Shown here: one piece after another, positions 23,865 through 31,755 of the stretch
How the letters are laid out: the number at the start of each line of letters is the position of its first letter
Position numbering within the stretch: the stretch's first letter is position 1
From: Candidatus Saccharimonadota bacterium
GTDB taxonomy: Bacteria; Patescibacteriota; Saccharimonadia; Saccharimonadales; Saccharimonadaceae
Assembly (NCBI GenBank): GCA_016700015.1
Contig: CP064995.1
Coordinates: forward strand, 780,001 to 812,000
Reading direction: 5' to 3'
DNA: 32,000 bases
The notes under the pieces: model-generated
The model's input: the letters and a program-made list of their open reading frames with translations, nothing else
Told to the model about the DNA's origin: nothing
Databases searched by the model: none
Translations under genes and position numbers: made by a program

Positions 23865-23870
23865 AGTATA
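23865..23870 (-). promoter_or_regulatory. Extended -10 box (TGcTATACT) 6 nt upstream of ATG 23858
   Basis: Minus strand reads ggTGcTATACTggtgccATG. Confidence 0.5.
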
Positions 23871-23900
23871 GCACCTCTCGCTATCTGTCTGCGAAACAGG

Positions 23901-23906
23901 TATAGT
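23901..23906 (+). promoter_or_regulatory. -10 box (TATAGT) 6 nt upstream of ATG 23913
   Basis: Plus strand reads caggTATAGTagctccATG. Confidence 0.4.
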
Positions 23907-23912
23907 AGCTCC

Positions 23913-24524
23913 ATGCTACGACCCGATATTTCCCAGCATCTAACGAATTTACTCGAGGCGTCCGACCATCTTAATGCTGTTGTCACGATCAGTGGACCAA
24001 CAGCAGCCGGCAAGTCACTGCTCGCGCAAATGATTCACGATGATTTCGGGTGCAGCGTTGTTATCCATACTGACGATTACTACCGCAGCGATGAAACCAT
24101 GCCTCCAGAAGTGTATGTTGGTGACGAAATTAACTACGACCACCCCCATGCCATTCAGCTCGGCCGCCTCGCTGGCGACTTAACATCCCTCACCGCTGGT
24201 TTGCCAGTGATTAAACCAACCTACGATATGAAGAAGGGTCAGCCTGGTGCCGCCGAAATAGTAGCGCCGCGCGAGCTCATTATCGTCGAAGGCTTAGTTG
24301 CTAACCACCCCACCATCCGCGCGCTCAGCAACTATGCCATCCTTGTCACTGCTCCCAAAGATATACGACTCGCACGACGCATTGAGCGCGATCTAAAACG
24401 CTACCGACGCCCAGCAAAACAAACGAAAGCTATTTTCAACGAGTTTACCCAGCCATCGTACTTTGCCTATCATGTTGCCAACGATGCGACGGCCAACCTT
24501 GTTGTTGACTCAAGTGAAGCGTAA
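23913..24524 (+). CDS. udk: Uridine kinase family protein (PRK/UK family)
   Basis: P-loop GPTAAGKS, DDYY, NYDHPHA, LIIVEG and RLARRIERD align with Udk. Confidence 0.7.
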   Translation: MLRPDISQHLTNLLEASDHLNAVVTISGPTAAGKSLLAQMIHDDFGCSVVIHTDDYYRSDETMPPEVYVGDEINYDHPHAIQLGRLAGDLTSLTAGLPVIKPTYDMKKGQPGAAEIVAPRELIIVEGLVANHPTIRALSNYAILVTAPKDIRLARRIERDLKRYRRPAKQTKAIFNEFTQPSYFAYHVANDATANLVVDSSEA

Positions 24525-24530
24525 TCTCGC

Positions 24531-25184
24531 CTACAACACAATCAGCGCAGCATCGCGACGGCTTATTGCAAACAAATAGTAGTAACCACTCTTACCGTCT
24601 ACGTGCGACCCGATGGGATTTAATCGACAGACGCTAAAGTCAGGATGGCTTTCCTGCCACCGGCGTAATATCAGCCACAGCTCATCCATGAGCGCATAGT
24701 AGCGATTACCCCACCCCGATGCAATCTCGGGCAATTCCTCATCGCCATTCGGTACGCGTTTATGCCAGAATGCTTCAAGCGGCAACGGCAAGCGAAAATT
24801 AATGACAACACTGTCATTGGGCGCAGTAGCGAGATCCAGCTCTTCGCCGCCAAGTGATTCCTCAAATTCACTCGGAGAATTGAGCGTCACGCGTGGTTCA
24901 TGCCAAGCGCGTTTCACTAGCGAGGCGCCAATGTTCTTTGGAACTGGGTCTGGGTAATTCCGCTCCCCAAGCTTATCCAAAAAGCGCGCCGCGTAACCGA
25001 CACGTAACTCGTCGGCCAACTCCTGGGCAGCACCAATCAATTCACTATCGTGTATCTCTCGCTCAAGCCGGTTCTTTCCTGTGCGATGATAGGTCGTATG
25101 GACGTCACCATCAACCCCGCTCGCATAAAGGATACGCGACTGGGGATGATGAAAAGGTAATTCTGTTGAAGGACGCTGTTTCAT
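24531..25184 (-). CDS. Hypothetical protein (orphan)
   Basis: 217-aa ORF with no recognisable motif and no signal peptide or TM helix. Confidence 0.55.
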   Translation of the reverse strand: MKQRPSTELPFHHPQSRILYASGVDGDVHTTYHRTGKNRLEREIHDSELIGAAQELADELRVGYAARFLDKLGERNYPDPVPKNIGASLVKRAWHEPRVTLNSPSEFEESLGGEELDLATAPNDSVVINFRLPLPLEAFWHKRVPNGDEELPEIASGWGNRYYALMDELWLILRRWQESHPDFSVCRLNPIGSHVDGKSGYYYLFAISRRDAALIVL

Positions 25185-25215
25185 GTAATCTGTTCAATAT
25201 ATTAGCATAAAAGGA

Positions 25216-25252
25216 ATAAAAAATCAAGAGGCCGCATAGCATTGCGGCCTCT
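25216..25252 (-). terminator. Rho-independent terminator after mscL
   Basis: Stem agaggccgca (25227..25236) / tgcggcctct (25243..25252) with a 6-nt loop. A T-run follows on the minus strand (plus-strand A-run at 25218..25223). Confidence 0.75.
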
Positions 25253-25272
25253 GTGGGTAAACGATCTGAAAC

Positions 25273-25614
25273 TTAGTCTTTTTTCTTGTCAGCGCGATCG
25301 AGTTTGAGTAAGTGGACGATAGCGTACACGACAAAAGCAACTGCCAGCAGACTGATGAGTGAGCTGACAAATGCGCCCCAAGTAAAGGTACCCATGCGAT
25401 CACCCACCTTCACGGTGAATTCAGCAGCTTTTAGGCCCTCCTGTGAGCCAATCATCAGCTGGACAAGCGGATCAATGAATGCACCAACAAGCTGCTTCAC
25501 TGTATCGCCAGCCGCAGTACCGATTGCTAGACCAACAGCCAACCCCACGACACCCTGCTCACGAATGAAGGTCATAAACCCGCCTGCGTGGCCTTTTACA
25601 TTTGCCTTTACCAT
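25273..25614 (-). CDS. mscL: Large-conductance mechanosensitive channel
   Basis: 113 aa. F..FIREQGVVGLAVGLAIGTAAG..V..LV..FIDPL and a second TM helix with the KKKD tail match the MscL architecture. SD GGGAGAG lies upstream. Confidence 0.8.
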   Translation of the reverse strand: MVKANVKGHAGGFMTFIREQGVVGLAVGLAIGTAAGDTVKQLVGAFIDPLVQLMIGSQEGLKAAEFTVKVGDRMGTFTWGAFVSSLISLLAVAFVVYAIVHLLKLDRADKKKD

Positions 25615-25685
25615 GATAATAACTCTCCCGTTATTGCTTAGTGATAGCTCGTATTATAAGAGCATACCGTAGCTAGTGACAAGCC

Positions 25686-27377
25686 CTACATACGCTCTGG
25701 CACGCTGATGCCGAGAATTCCAAGCCCATGTGCGAACACGTGGCTCACTTTTTCTAGCAAATCAAGCCGTGCCGACTTTTCTGCTTCACCAACTTCTTGA
25801 GTTGCGATCGGCGTCTGTTCGTAGTACCGGTTCATTTCGCGTGCCAGATTGTACAAATACGCAGCCACCCTATGCGGTTCAAGCTGCTCGGCAGCTATGC
25901 GTACAACTTGCGGGTAATCAAGAAGTTGAGCAACAATTGCCTTCTCGGGCTCATAGTCATATACGCCCATCGGCGTACGCTCAGGGTTGTCGCGTAACAA
26001 TTTGTTTACTCGAACCGCAGCGTATTGTACGTAGGGACCGCTCTTTCCGCTGAGCGCGAAAATTGTGTGCCAGTCGAACAATATGTTAGTCCGACGATCG
26101 GCCACGAAGTCCGTGTACTTAACCGCACCAAGCGCGATCTTCTTGATATCATCAGCACCAACCTCACGATCAGCCGTTACCTCGCGCGCCTTTTGCTCAG
26201 CGACATCGAGCAGTTCTTCCATCAGCACCACACCTTTGCGGCTGCTCATTTTTTGGCGCACGCCGTCGTCGCCCATTTGATCAATCACCCCAAACCACAG
26301 ATGGTACAGGTCAGTGGTAATACCGAGCTTTTTGGCCATCGCAAATAACTGTGAAAAATAAAATTGTTGTTCAGCGCCTACGCAATATACTACCTTGTCT
26401 GGGTGCCATTCGTTCTCGCGAAATAGTATCGTTGCCAAGTCAGTTGTGGCATAGAGCGCAGCACCATTGGACTTTTGTACTAGTAGCGGCACTTCAAAAC
26501 CAGCATCTTCGAGTGGCACGATCACCGAACCGTCACTGTTTTGCGTCGCTACACCAGACGCTATCAGCTGCTCAACCGCTGCTTTACCCTTTGGCACAAA
26601 AAACGATTCACCATATTCGTAGTCAGTCGATAGCTCAAGCCGTTCCATCACGGCATGGATATGCTGCATCGAAATTGTTTTAAAGCGGTTGCTATACTGA
26701 CGCGCTTCTGGGTCATCACGCTCGAGTCTGAGTAGCCATTCCTGAACCTCATCGGCCATCGCACGCCCACCTTGTTCGGCTTCTTCCTTGAGCGCGTTTT
26801 TTGTTTGTATGTACATTCTTCCAAGCTCGTACACACCATCTCTCTCTAGTGCTTCGTCACTGCTAAACCGCTGGAACCCCACTACCCATATGCCAAACGG
26901 CGCACCCGCATCACCAATATGGTTGTCGGTTATTACCCGCCATCCTGTTACCTCGAGTAATCGCTTAGCTGCCCACCCTTGATTACCTGGTCGCAGATGT
27001 CCGACACTATAGGGTTTGGCAACATTGGGGCTAGGAAACTCAACAACCGCCAGCCTACCCTCACCATCCTTAGAGCTGCCGTACTGGGCTGACCATTGGC
27101 TGGCGAGCGAGTCATACAGCTGGCGAGCCGAAACCCGCAAGTTGATAAATCCTGGTCCAGCGATTGTCACCTCATTGCACGTACCCGCCTGTGCTAGTGC
27201 TGCCCCTAGTTGCTCAGCGATCTCGCGCGGTGACTTGCCAAGCCTCCCAGCAATCTGTAACGCGATATTCGTCGCGTAGTCACCAAACTGCAAATCAGGA
27301 CGCTCTAAACGAACAGTAGCCTCAATGCCATAGAGTTCTGTGATTGTGCGTTCGATCTGCTGCGCGAGTTGCTCCAT
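25686..27377 (-). CDS. argS: Arginine--tRNA ligase
   Basis: Class I signature PNVAKPYSVGHLR, a KMSSRKG (MSTR-like) motif, and the C-terminal anticodon-binding DALR-type region. Confidence 0.95.
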   Translation of the reverse strand: MEQLAQQIERTITELYGIEATVRLERPDLQFGDYATNIALQIAGRLGKSPREIAEQLGAALAQAGTCNEVTIAGPGFINLRVSARQLYDSLASQWSAQYGSSKDGEGRLAVVEFPSPNVAKPYSVGHLRPGNQGWAAKRLLEVTGWRVITDNHIGDAGAPFGIWVVGFQRFSSDEALERDGVYELGRMYIQTKNALKEEAEQGGRAMADEVQEWLLRLERDDPEARQYSNRFKTISMQHIHAVMERLELSTDYEYGESFFVPKGKAAVEQLIASGVATQNSDGSVIVPLEDAGFEVPLLVQKSNGAALYATTDLATILFRENEWHPDKVVYCVGAEQQFYFSQLFAMAKKLGITTDLYHLWFGVIDQMGDDGVRQKMSSRKGVVLMEELLDVAEQKAREVTADREVGADDIKKIALGAVKYTDFVADRRTNILFDWHTIFALSGKSGPYVQYAAVRVNKLLRDNPERTPMGVYDYEPEKAIVAQLLDYPQVVRIAAEQLEPHRVAAYLYNLAREMNRYYEQTPIATQEVGEAEKSARLDLLEKVSHVFAHGLGILGISVPERM

Positions 27378-27384
27378 ACACCCC

Positions 27385-27390
27385 AGTATA
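27385..27390 (-). promoter_or_regulatory. Extended -10 box (TGtTATACT) 7 nt upstream of ATG 27377
   Basis: Minus strand reads cgTGtTATACT-like sequence gtgTATACTggggtgtATG. Confidence 0.45.
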
Positions 27391-27433
27391 CACGACCTTA
27401 GCGAGGTGGTGACGCTACTTGGGCTATACGCGT

Positions 27434-28246
27434 CTATTGATCGATATCGTTATGATCGACAGGTGTCCCCTCGGCTTGCGGTGGCAGTGCGCCCTCACGC
27501 TGCATCATATCCCGCTGCATAGCGAGCCGATATCTTTGTAGCTGTTGTTGACGCATCTTGGTTTCCTCGTTCACGCGCCTTCCCTCTGGCGTATTCACGT
27601 CATCACAGCGCTTGATCAAATCGGCAACATCGTTCGACTTGTTAATACCCAAGACTTTCTCAAGCCGACTCAGTACTTCGATTGACCTTGCAACTTCTCC
27701 CGCCACAACCAACTGCTTAATACGCGAGGCGTCGGCTGGCATATCGCCGTTTGAACAATACACATAACCGCTCTCTTGCTTATATCCCGCTTCAGATAGT
27801 GCCTCCATAAGAACCGTAGAACTAGGTGCAACAGAGTACCGTCCCACATGGTCTACATATGTAGTTATGCCGTTATTTGTATTGAATGTACCTACCCTGC
27901 CCACGCGTTCACGTACAATCTGTACCTCAAATTGATGCTCAATACCGTAAACTTTGGTTTCGACACTAGGGCTATCACCTGTGAACACGCCGCAGTCGTC
28001 AATACGCACGCCAGCCATTATCGCAAGCTCTGGGGGTAGATCAATACGACCCAGATTCTTTTCGATCGCAACTTTGGCGCAGTCTACCATACTTGCAGTC
28101 ACCTCACCAAGAGGCATAGCCTCGATTTCAGCCGTTACTAATTCAGCACCATGTAACTTCTCGTTACTCGAGACCGGTACCTCACTGTTATTCCAATCTC
28201 CCTGGGGTGTATCTTGTTGATGATCAAATACCTCTATATCTGCCAT
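27434..28246 (-). CDS. Hypothetical protein (orphan, acidic N-terminus, coiled-coil-like Q/R-rich C-terminus)
   Basis: 270-aa ORF with SD GTGGAG 5 nt upstream. No motif recognised. Confidence 0.6.
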   Translation of the reverse strand: MADIEVFDHQQDTPQGDWNNSEVPVSSNEKLHGAELVTAEIEAMPLGEVTASMVDCAKVAIEKNLGRIDLPPELAIMAGVRIDDCGVFTGDSPSVETKVYGIEHQFEVQIVRERVGRVGTFNTNNGITTYVDHVGRYSVAPSSTVLMEALSEAGYKQESGYVYCSNGDMPADASRIKQLVVAGEVARSIEVLSRLEKVLGINKSNDVADLIKRCDDVNTPEGRRVNEETKMRQQQLQRYRLAMQRDMMQREGALPPQAEGTPVDHNDIDQ

Positions 28247-28308
28247 ACGCGCTCCACTTTATGCTTATACTTATAATTGTATACTAGTGGGCCGAGCGTT
28301 GAAATAGA

Positions 28309-28455
28309 CTATTCACTGTCGCCGATGTATTCGGACTGTCGATAAACTGATGCCGGGGTTGCGCCGCGCACGTGCTCGAGCACATATTGCAGCGCACTTG
28401 CATCGTCCATGGTAAATTCTTCGGTTGCTTCTGTGTTAATTTTTTCTTCTGCCAT
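28309..28455 (-). CDS. Small acidic protein, 48 aa (below the ORF-track size cut-off)
   Basis: My translation: MAEEKINTEATEEFTMDDASALQYVLEHVRGATPASVYRQSEYIGDSE, then TAG. The ATG lies 6 nt downstream of a perfect TTGACA-17-TATAAT promoter. Confidence 0.45.
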   Translation of the reverse strand: MAEEKINTEATEEFTMDDASALQYVLEHVRGATPASVYRQSEYIGDSE

Positions 28456-28461
28456 GATTTC

Positions 28462-28490
28462 ATTATAGCATAATCATTACTAAATGTCAA
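28462..28490 (-). promoter_or_regulatory. Perfect consensus sigma70 promoter (TTGACA-17-TATAAT)
   Basis: On the minus strand: TTGACA 28490..28485, a 17-nt spacer ending in TGc, then TATAAT 28467..28462. Confidence 0.7.
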
Positions 28491-28496
28491 TCTTGC

Positions 28497-28525
28497 TTGA
28501 CTTGCTCAGCTTGTACCCTTATAGT
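28497..28525 (+). promoter_or_regulatory. Sigma70 promoter (TTGACT-17-TATAGT) 7 nt upstream of ATG 28533
   Basis: On the plus strand: TTGACT 28497..28502, a 17-nt spacer, then TATAGT 28520..28525. It lies back-to-back with the minus-strand promoter. Confidence 0.6.
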
Positions 28526-28532
28526 CTAGGCC

Positions 28533-28817
28533 ATGCAAAAACCAGTTACTGTCAAGGCATATGGGTTTATACCGCTCACTAGGCAAACATACAGTATCAT
28601 GCAAATAATTGTCTTGTTCGGAGCAGCCCCGCTACTTCTTGCCATATGTGCGCTTAACTACTACTTCTCGAACGACCAAAATCTATGGATGTGGTTAGGG
28701 CTGCTAACCGTTACGGCCATCGTCGGAGAAATTGTTGAAACCGCTGTCATGCTGCGTAAGTTTAAGCAAAAAGAGCGACAGCTAGTGTCTACACGCAGCG
28801 ATCAACCCGACAAATAG
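28533..28817 (+). CDS. Small membrane protein with two TM helices, function unknown
   Basis: 94-aa ORF with helices IMQIIVLFGAAPLLLAICALNYY and LWMWLGLLTVTAIVGEIVETAV. Its 3' end overlaps the convergent pyrG 3' end by 36 nt. Confidence 0.55.
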   Translation: MQKPVTVKAYGFIPLTRQTYSIMQIIVLFGAAPLLLAICALNYYFSNDQNLWMWLGLLTVTAIVGEIVETAVMLRKFKQKERQLVSTRSDQPDK

Positions 28818-30380
28818 TGGGTGCGCGCGAGTCGGACGGCTACGAAATTCCGGGTGTGCTTGAGTCGCAATAAAATAGTCGTTTTCGGGCGCTTCCACAT
28901 ATTCAACCAGCTTGCCATCTGGCGACATACCACTGAACACCAGGCCCCCGCGTTCAATTGCAGCTGCAAAGTGCTGGTTCACTTCGTAGCGGTGGCGATG
29001 CCGCTCAACGATATCCTGCTCTTTGTAGAGCCGATACGCCAATGAGTCGATTGTCAGGTGCGCCGGGTAGTCACCAAGACGTAGTGTACCGCCGGTGCTT
29101 TCTTTGCCCTGCTGGCCATCCATGATATACACCACATCATCCGTAGTATCTGGAGCAAATTCGGTACTGTTGGCGTGCTCGAGTCCGGCCTTACGTGCAG
29201 CGGCGATGACCGCTACCTGGAGCCCTAAGCAAATACCAAGATACGGCACGTTATGATCGAGTGCATAACGTGCCGCAGCGATTTTGCCCTCTATCCCACG
29301 CTTACCAAATCCACCCGGTACGAGCAAACCGTCAACTGTCGCAAAATCTGTCTCGCTGGCCGTTTCGGCATTGATCCATTTAACTACCAGCTCGACATCC
29401 TCGCGCCAAGCGGCACTTTTAAGCGCTTCGAGTACGCTAATATACGTGTCTTCATTATCAAGATACTTCGCCACCATGCCGATGGTGACCTTTTTGTTTT
29501 TCACAGCCTTCTGCCGTGTCACGAGGTCAGTCCATTTACTGAGGTCTGGCTTGTTATAGTTAGCGGTAAATTTATCAAGGATTGGCATCAAGCTGCTCGA
29601 TGCAATCTTCTCAGGGATACGAAACACGCTGTCGACATTGGGCATCATCAGTACTGCTCGCTCATCGACACCACCAAACATGGCAATTTTCCGCGCAATA
29701 GATTCTGGCGCAGGCTCATCAGTGCGCACAATCACGACATCGGGCACGATACCAAACCCACGTAGATCATTCAGCGCGTTCTGTGCCGGTTTACTCTTGA
29801 ACTCTTTACTGGTGCCGATGTACGGGACGTACACGACATGTACATAAAGTGCGTTTTCACGCCCCACTCGGCGCCCAAACTCACGTATCGCTTCGACAAA
29901 ACTAAGGCCTTCATAGTCGCCCACCGTACCGCCAATCTCCACAAAGTGCACATCGCTTTCCTTGCTTGCTTCGACAATGGCAGACTGGATTGCACCCGTG
30001 AGGTGCGGCACCAGCTGAATGGTCTTGCCACCAAACTTTCCCGCTCGCTCATCAGCGATTAGGTTGCTCATCAGTCGGCCCTGCAAGGTGGCATTTTTTT
30101 GAGTTAGTTCAATGTCAAGAAAGCGCTCGTAGTGGCCAAGGTCAAGATCAGTCTCAGCGCCATCTTTCGTCACAAAGCACTCTCCGTGCTCAGCAGGATT
30201 AAGTAAACCCGCATCTACATTGAGATACGGGTCACATTTTTGAATTGAAACGGCGGCACCTTTAGCCTGCAACACTGCGCCGATGCTGGCCGCAGTTATG
30301 CCCTTTCCTACCCCGGAAAGAACTCCCCCCGTCACGAAAATATATTTTGTCTGTTTGCCCATCGATGATTGCTCTTCCAT
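28782..30380 (-). CDS. pyrG: CTP synthase
   Basis: N-terminal synthetase domain KYIFVTGGVLSGVGKG and a C-terminal glutamine amidotransferase domain with GICLGLQ and HRHRYE. Confidence 0.95.
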   Translation of the reverse strand: MEEQSSMGKQTKYIFVTGGVLSGVGKGITAASIGAVLQAKGAAVSIQKCDPYLNVDAGLLNPAEHGECFVTKDGAETDLDLGHYERFLDIELTQKNATLQGRLMSNLIADERAGKFGGKTIQLVPHLTGAIQSAIVEASKESDVHFVEIGGTVGDYEGLSFVEAIREFGRRVGRENALYVHVVYVPYIGTSKEFKSKPAQNALNDLRGFGIVPDVVIVRTDEPAPESIARKIAMFGGVDERAVLMMPNVDSVFRIPEKIASSSLMPILDKFTANYNKPDLSKWTDLVTRQKAVKNKKVTIGMVAKYLDNEDTYISVLEALKSAAWREDVELVVKWINAETASETDFATVDGLLVPGGFGKRGIEGKIAAARYALDHNVPYLGICLGLQVAVIAAARKAGLEHANSTEFAPDTTDDVVYIMDGQQGKESTGGTLRLGDYPAHLTIDSLAYRLYKEQDIVERHRHRYEVNQHFAAAIERGGLVFSGMSPDGKLVEYVEAPENDYFIATQAHPEFRSRPTRAHPLFVGLIAACRH

Positions 30381-30388
30381 GGGATTTC

Positions 30389-30394
30389 ATTATA
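30389..30394 (-). promoter_or_regulatory. Extended -10 box (TGcTATAAT) 8 nt upstream of ATG 30380
   Basis: Minus strand reads caTGcTATAATgaaatcccATG. Confidence 0.5.
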
Positions 30395-30559
30395 GCATGA
30401 CGCCGCTACGACACACTATATCTAGCGTAGGGTGTTGTTCATTCTACTCTACTGGTGGACAAAGGTCTTTAAAGCTGCGTACCTACCGTCGGTTGTGGGC
30501 ACACTTACTGCTCGTTATTATTGCCCGCGAGCCAACAAAAATCAACTACCCAAGTCTGC

Positions 30560-30565
30560 TATACT
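30560..30565 (+). promoter_or_regulatory. Extended -10 box (TGcTATACT) 6 nt upstream of ATG 30572
   Basis: Plus strand reads tcTGcTATACTaacgatATG. Confidence 0.5.
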
Positions 30566-30571
30566 AACGAT

Positions 30572-31036
30572 ATGAAGGCAAAGTATACTGTCGGTATCGT
30601 GGCTGCGGTCGCAGCAATTGGCGCAGCGATCATTCTCATCCAGCAGAGGCCAGCACAAGCTCCTCACAAGGTTCTCTCGCCATCGACGAACACCACTGTC
30701 ACGCCTATAGCTACCACGACGCCCGCTCCCGGACGCTACACCGACTACTCACCAGAGGCAATGAGTGCGCCGAATTACACCGAGACCATCCTTTTCTTCC
30801 ACGCACCTTGGTGTCCAGAGTGCCGCGCCTACAATAGCGTACTAACAACTACGCCGCCGCCGACAGGCGTCCAGATTCTCAAAGTTGACCATGACAGTTC
30901 TACTGATCTGCGCAAACAATATGGTGTTGTTGTACAAACAACGTTTGTCAGAATTACACCTGCCGGGGAAAAGATCTCCGTCTGGCCGGCATATGGGAAA
31001 GAAAAATCTATCCAGGCGATTTTGGATAATACATAG
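30572..31036 (+). CDS. Membrane-anchored thioredoxin-fold protein (CxxC)
   Basis: N-terminal TM helix VGIVAAVAAIGAAIILI and active site FFHAPWCPECRAY. The ORF track start is 30521. I prefer ATG 30572 (MKAKYTVG..), which sits directly after a -10 box. Confidence 0.8.
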   Translation: MKAKYTVGIVAAVAAIGAAIILIQQRPAQAPHKVLSPSTNTTVTPIATTTPAPGRYTDYSPEAMSAPNYTETILFFHAPWCPECRAYNSVLTTTPPPTGVQILKVDHDSSTDLRKQYGVVVQTTFVRITPAGEKISVWPAYGKEKSIQAILDNT

Positions 31037-31753
31037 ATGGTACTGTTTCTTGCCGCGCTGCTTGCGGGTGTGTTCTCTGCGCTTTCCCCCTGCGTCCTGC
31101 CGCTTATCCCCATGATGCTCGGTACGCAGACACAAGGCGGGGTGCGCCGCAGCCTCCGTGTGCTCGCCGGGCTTGGCTTGTCGGTCATTGTATTTAGTAT
31201 TCTCCTCAAGTCCACGACGCTGTTTATCGATATCCCCCGTGAAGTCTGGCAGTTCATAGGTGGCGTGATAATTGGGTTATTTGGGGCATCACTGCTGTGG
31301 CCGAACGCGTGGGAGCAGCTAGTCCTCAAAACTGGGTTCGCCACTAAAGCCCAACAACTCATGTCGACCTCCTCCTCTGGGGCCGGCAATACCAAAGATT
31401 ACCTGCTCGGCGCCAGTCTTGGTCCGCTTTTCAACGTCTGCAGCCCTACCTACGCGCTAATTGTGGCGACAATTTTGCCCGTCGAACCACTCCACGGGCT
31501 ACTCCTGCTCGTTATTTACACTCTCGGACTAACCGCCACTCTTTACGCAGTTGCCGTCGGCGGCAGCCAGATTACCCATAGGCTCGGCTGGACACTCAAC
31601 CCGCATGGCGCCTTCCGGCGCATAGTCGGCGCCCTACTCCTAGTAATCGGTATCGCCATCATATTCGGCTACGATAAACTATTCCAGACTGCGCTCGTAT
31701 CGAGCGGCTTCTTCGACTGGCAGATCCTCGTCGAATCATTCCTCGCACGCTAG
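31037..31753 (+). CDS. ccdA: CcdA/DsbD-family transmembrane thiol-disulfide electron transporter
   Basis: LSPCVLPLIP in the first helix, a second conserved Cys in GASLGPLFNVCSP, and six hydrophobic helices. The ATG directly abuts the upstream TAG. Confidence 0.8.
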   Translation: MVLFLAALLAGVFSALSPCVLPLIPMMLGTQTQGGVRRSLRVLAGLGLSVIVFSILLKSTTLFIDIPREVWQFIGGVIIGLFGASLLWPNAWEQLVLKTGFATKAQQLMSTSSSGAGNTKDYLLGASLGPLFNVCSPTYALIVATILPVEPLHGLLLLVIYTLGLTATLYAVAVGGSQITHRLGWTLNPHGAFRRIVGALLLVIGIAIIFGYDKLFQTALVSSGFFDWQILVESFLAR

Positions 31754-31755
31754 CC

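Noticed and set aside
28284-28490. 68-aa minus-strand ORF from the ORF track
   Set aside because: Its start lies inside the -35 box of the consensus promoter. Its composition is odd (Lys/Gln run, four Cys, no hydrophobic core). A 48-codon ORF in another frame fits the promoter geometry exactly. I retain it only as an alternative.
30395-30559. The roughly 165-nt pyrG / thioredoxin intergenic region as a possible riboswitch or small RNA
   Set aside because: I saw only short (5-bp) imperfect inverted repeats and no terminator-like hairpin or conserved riboswitch motif. Divergent promoters at both ends explain part of the spacer. The possibility remains open but is unsupported.
30829-31395. 188-aa minus-strand ORF
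   Set aside because: It is antisense to the thioredoxin-like and ccdA genes, which carry diagnostic CxxC and SPCVLPLIP motifs.
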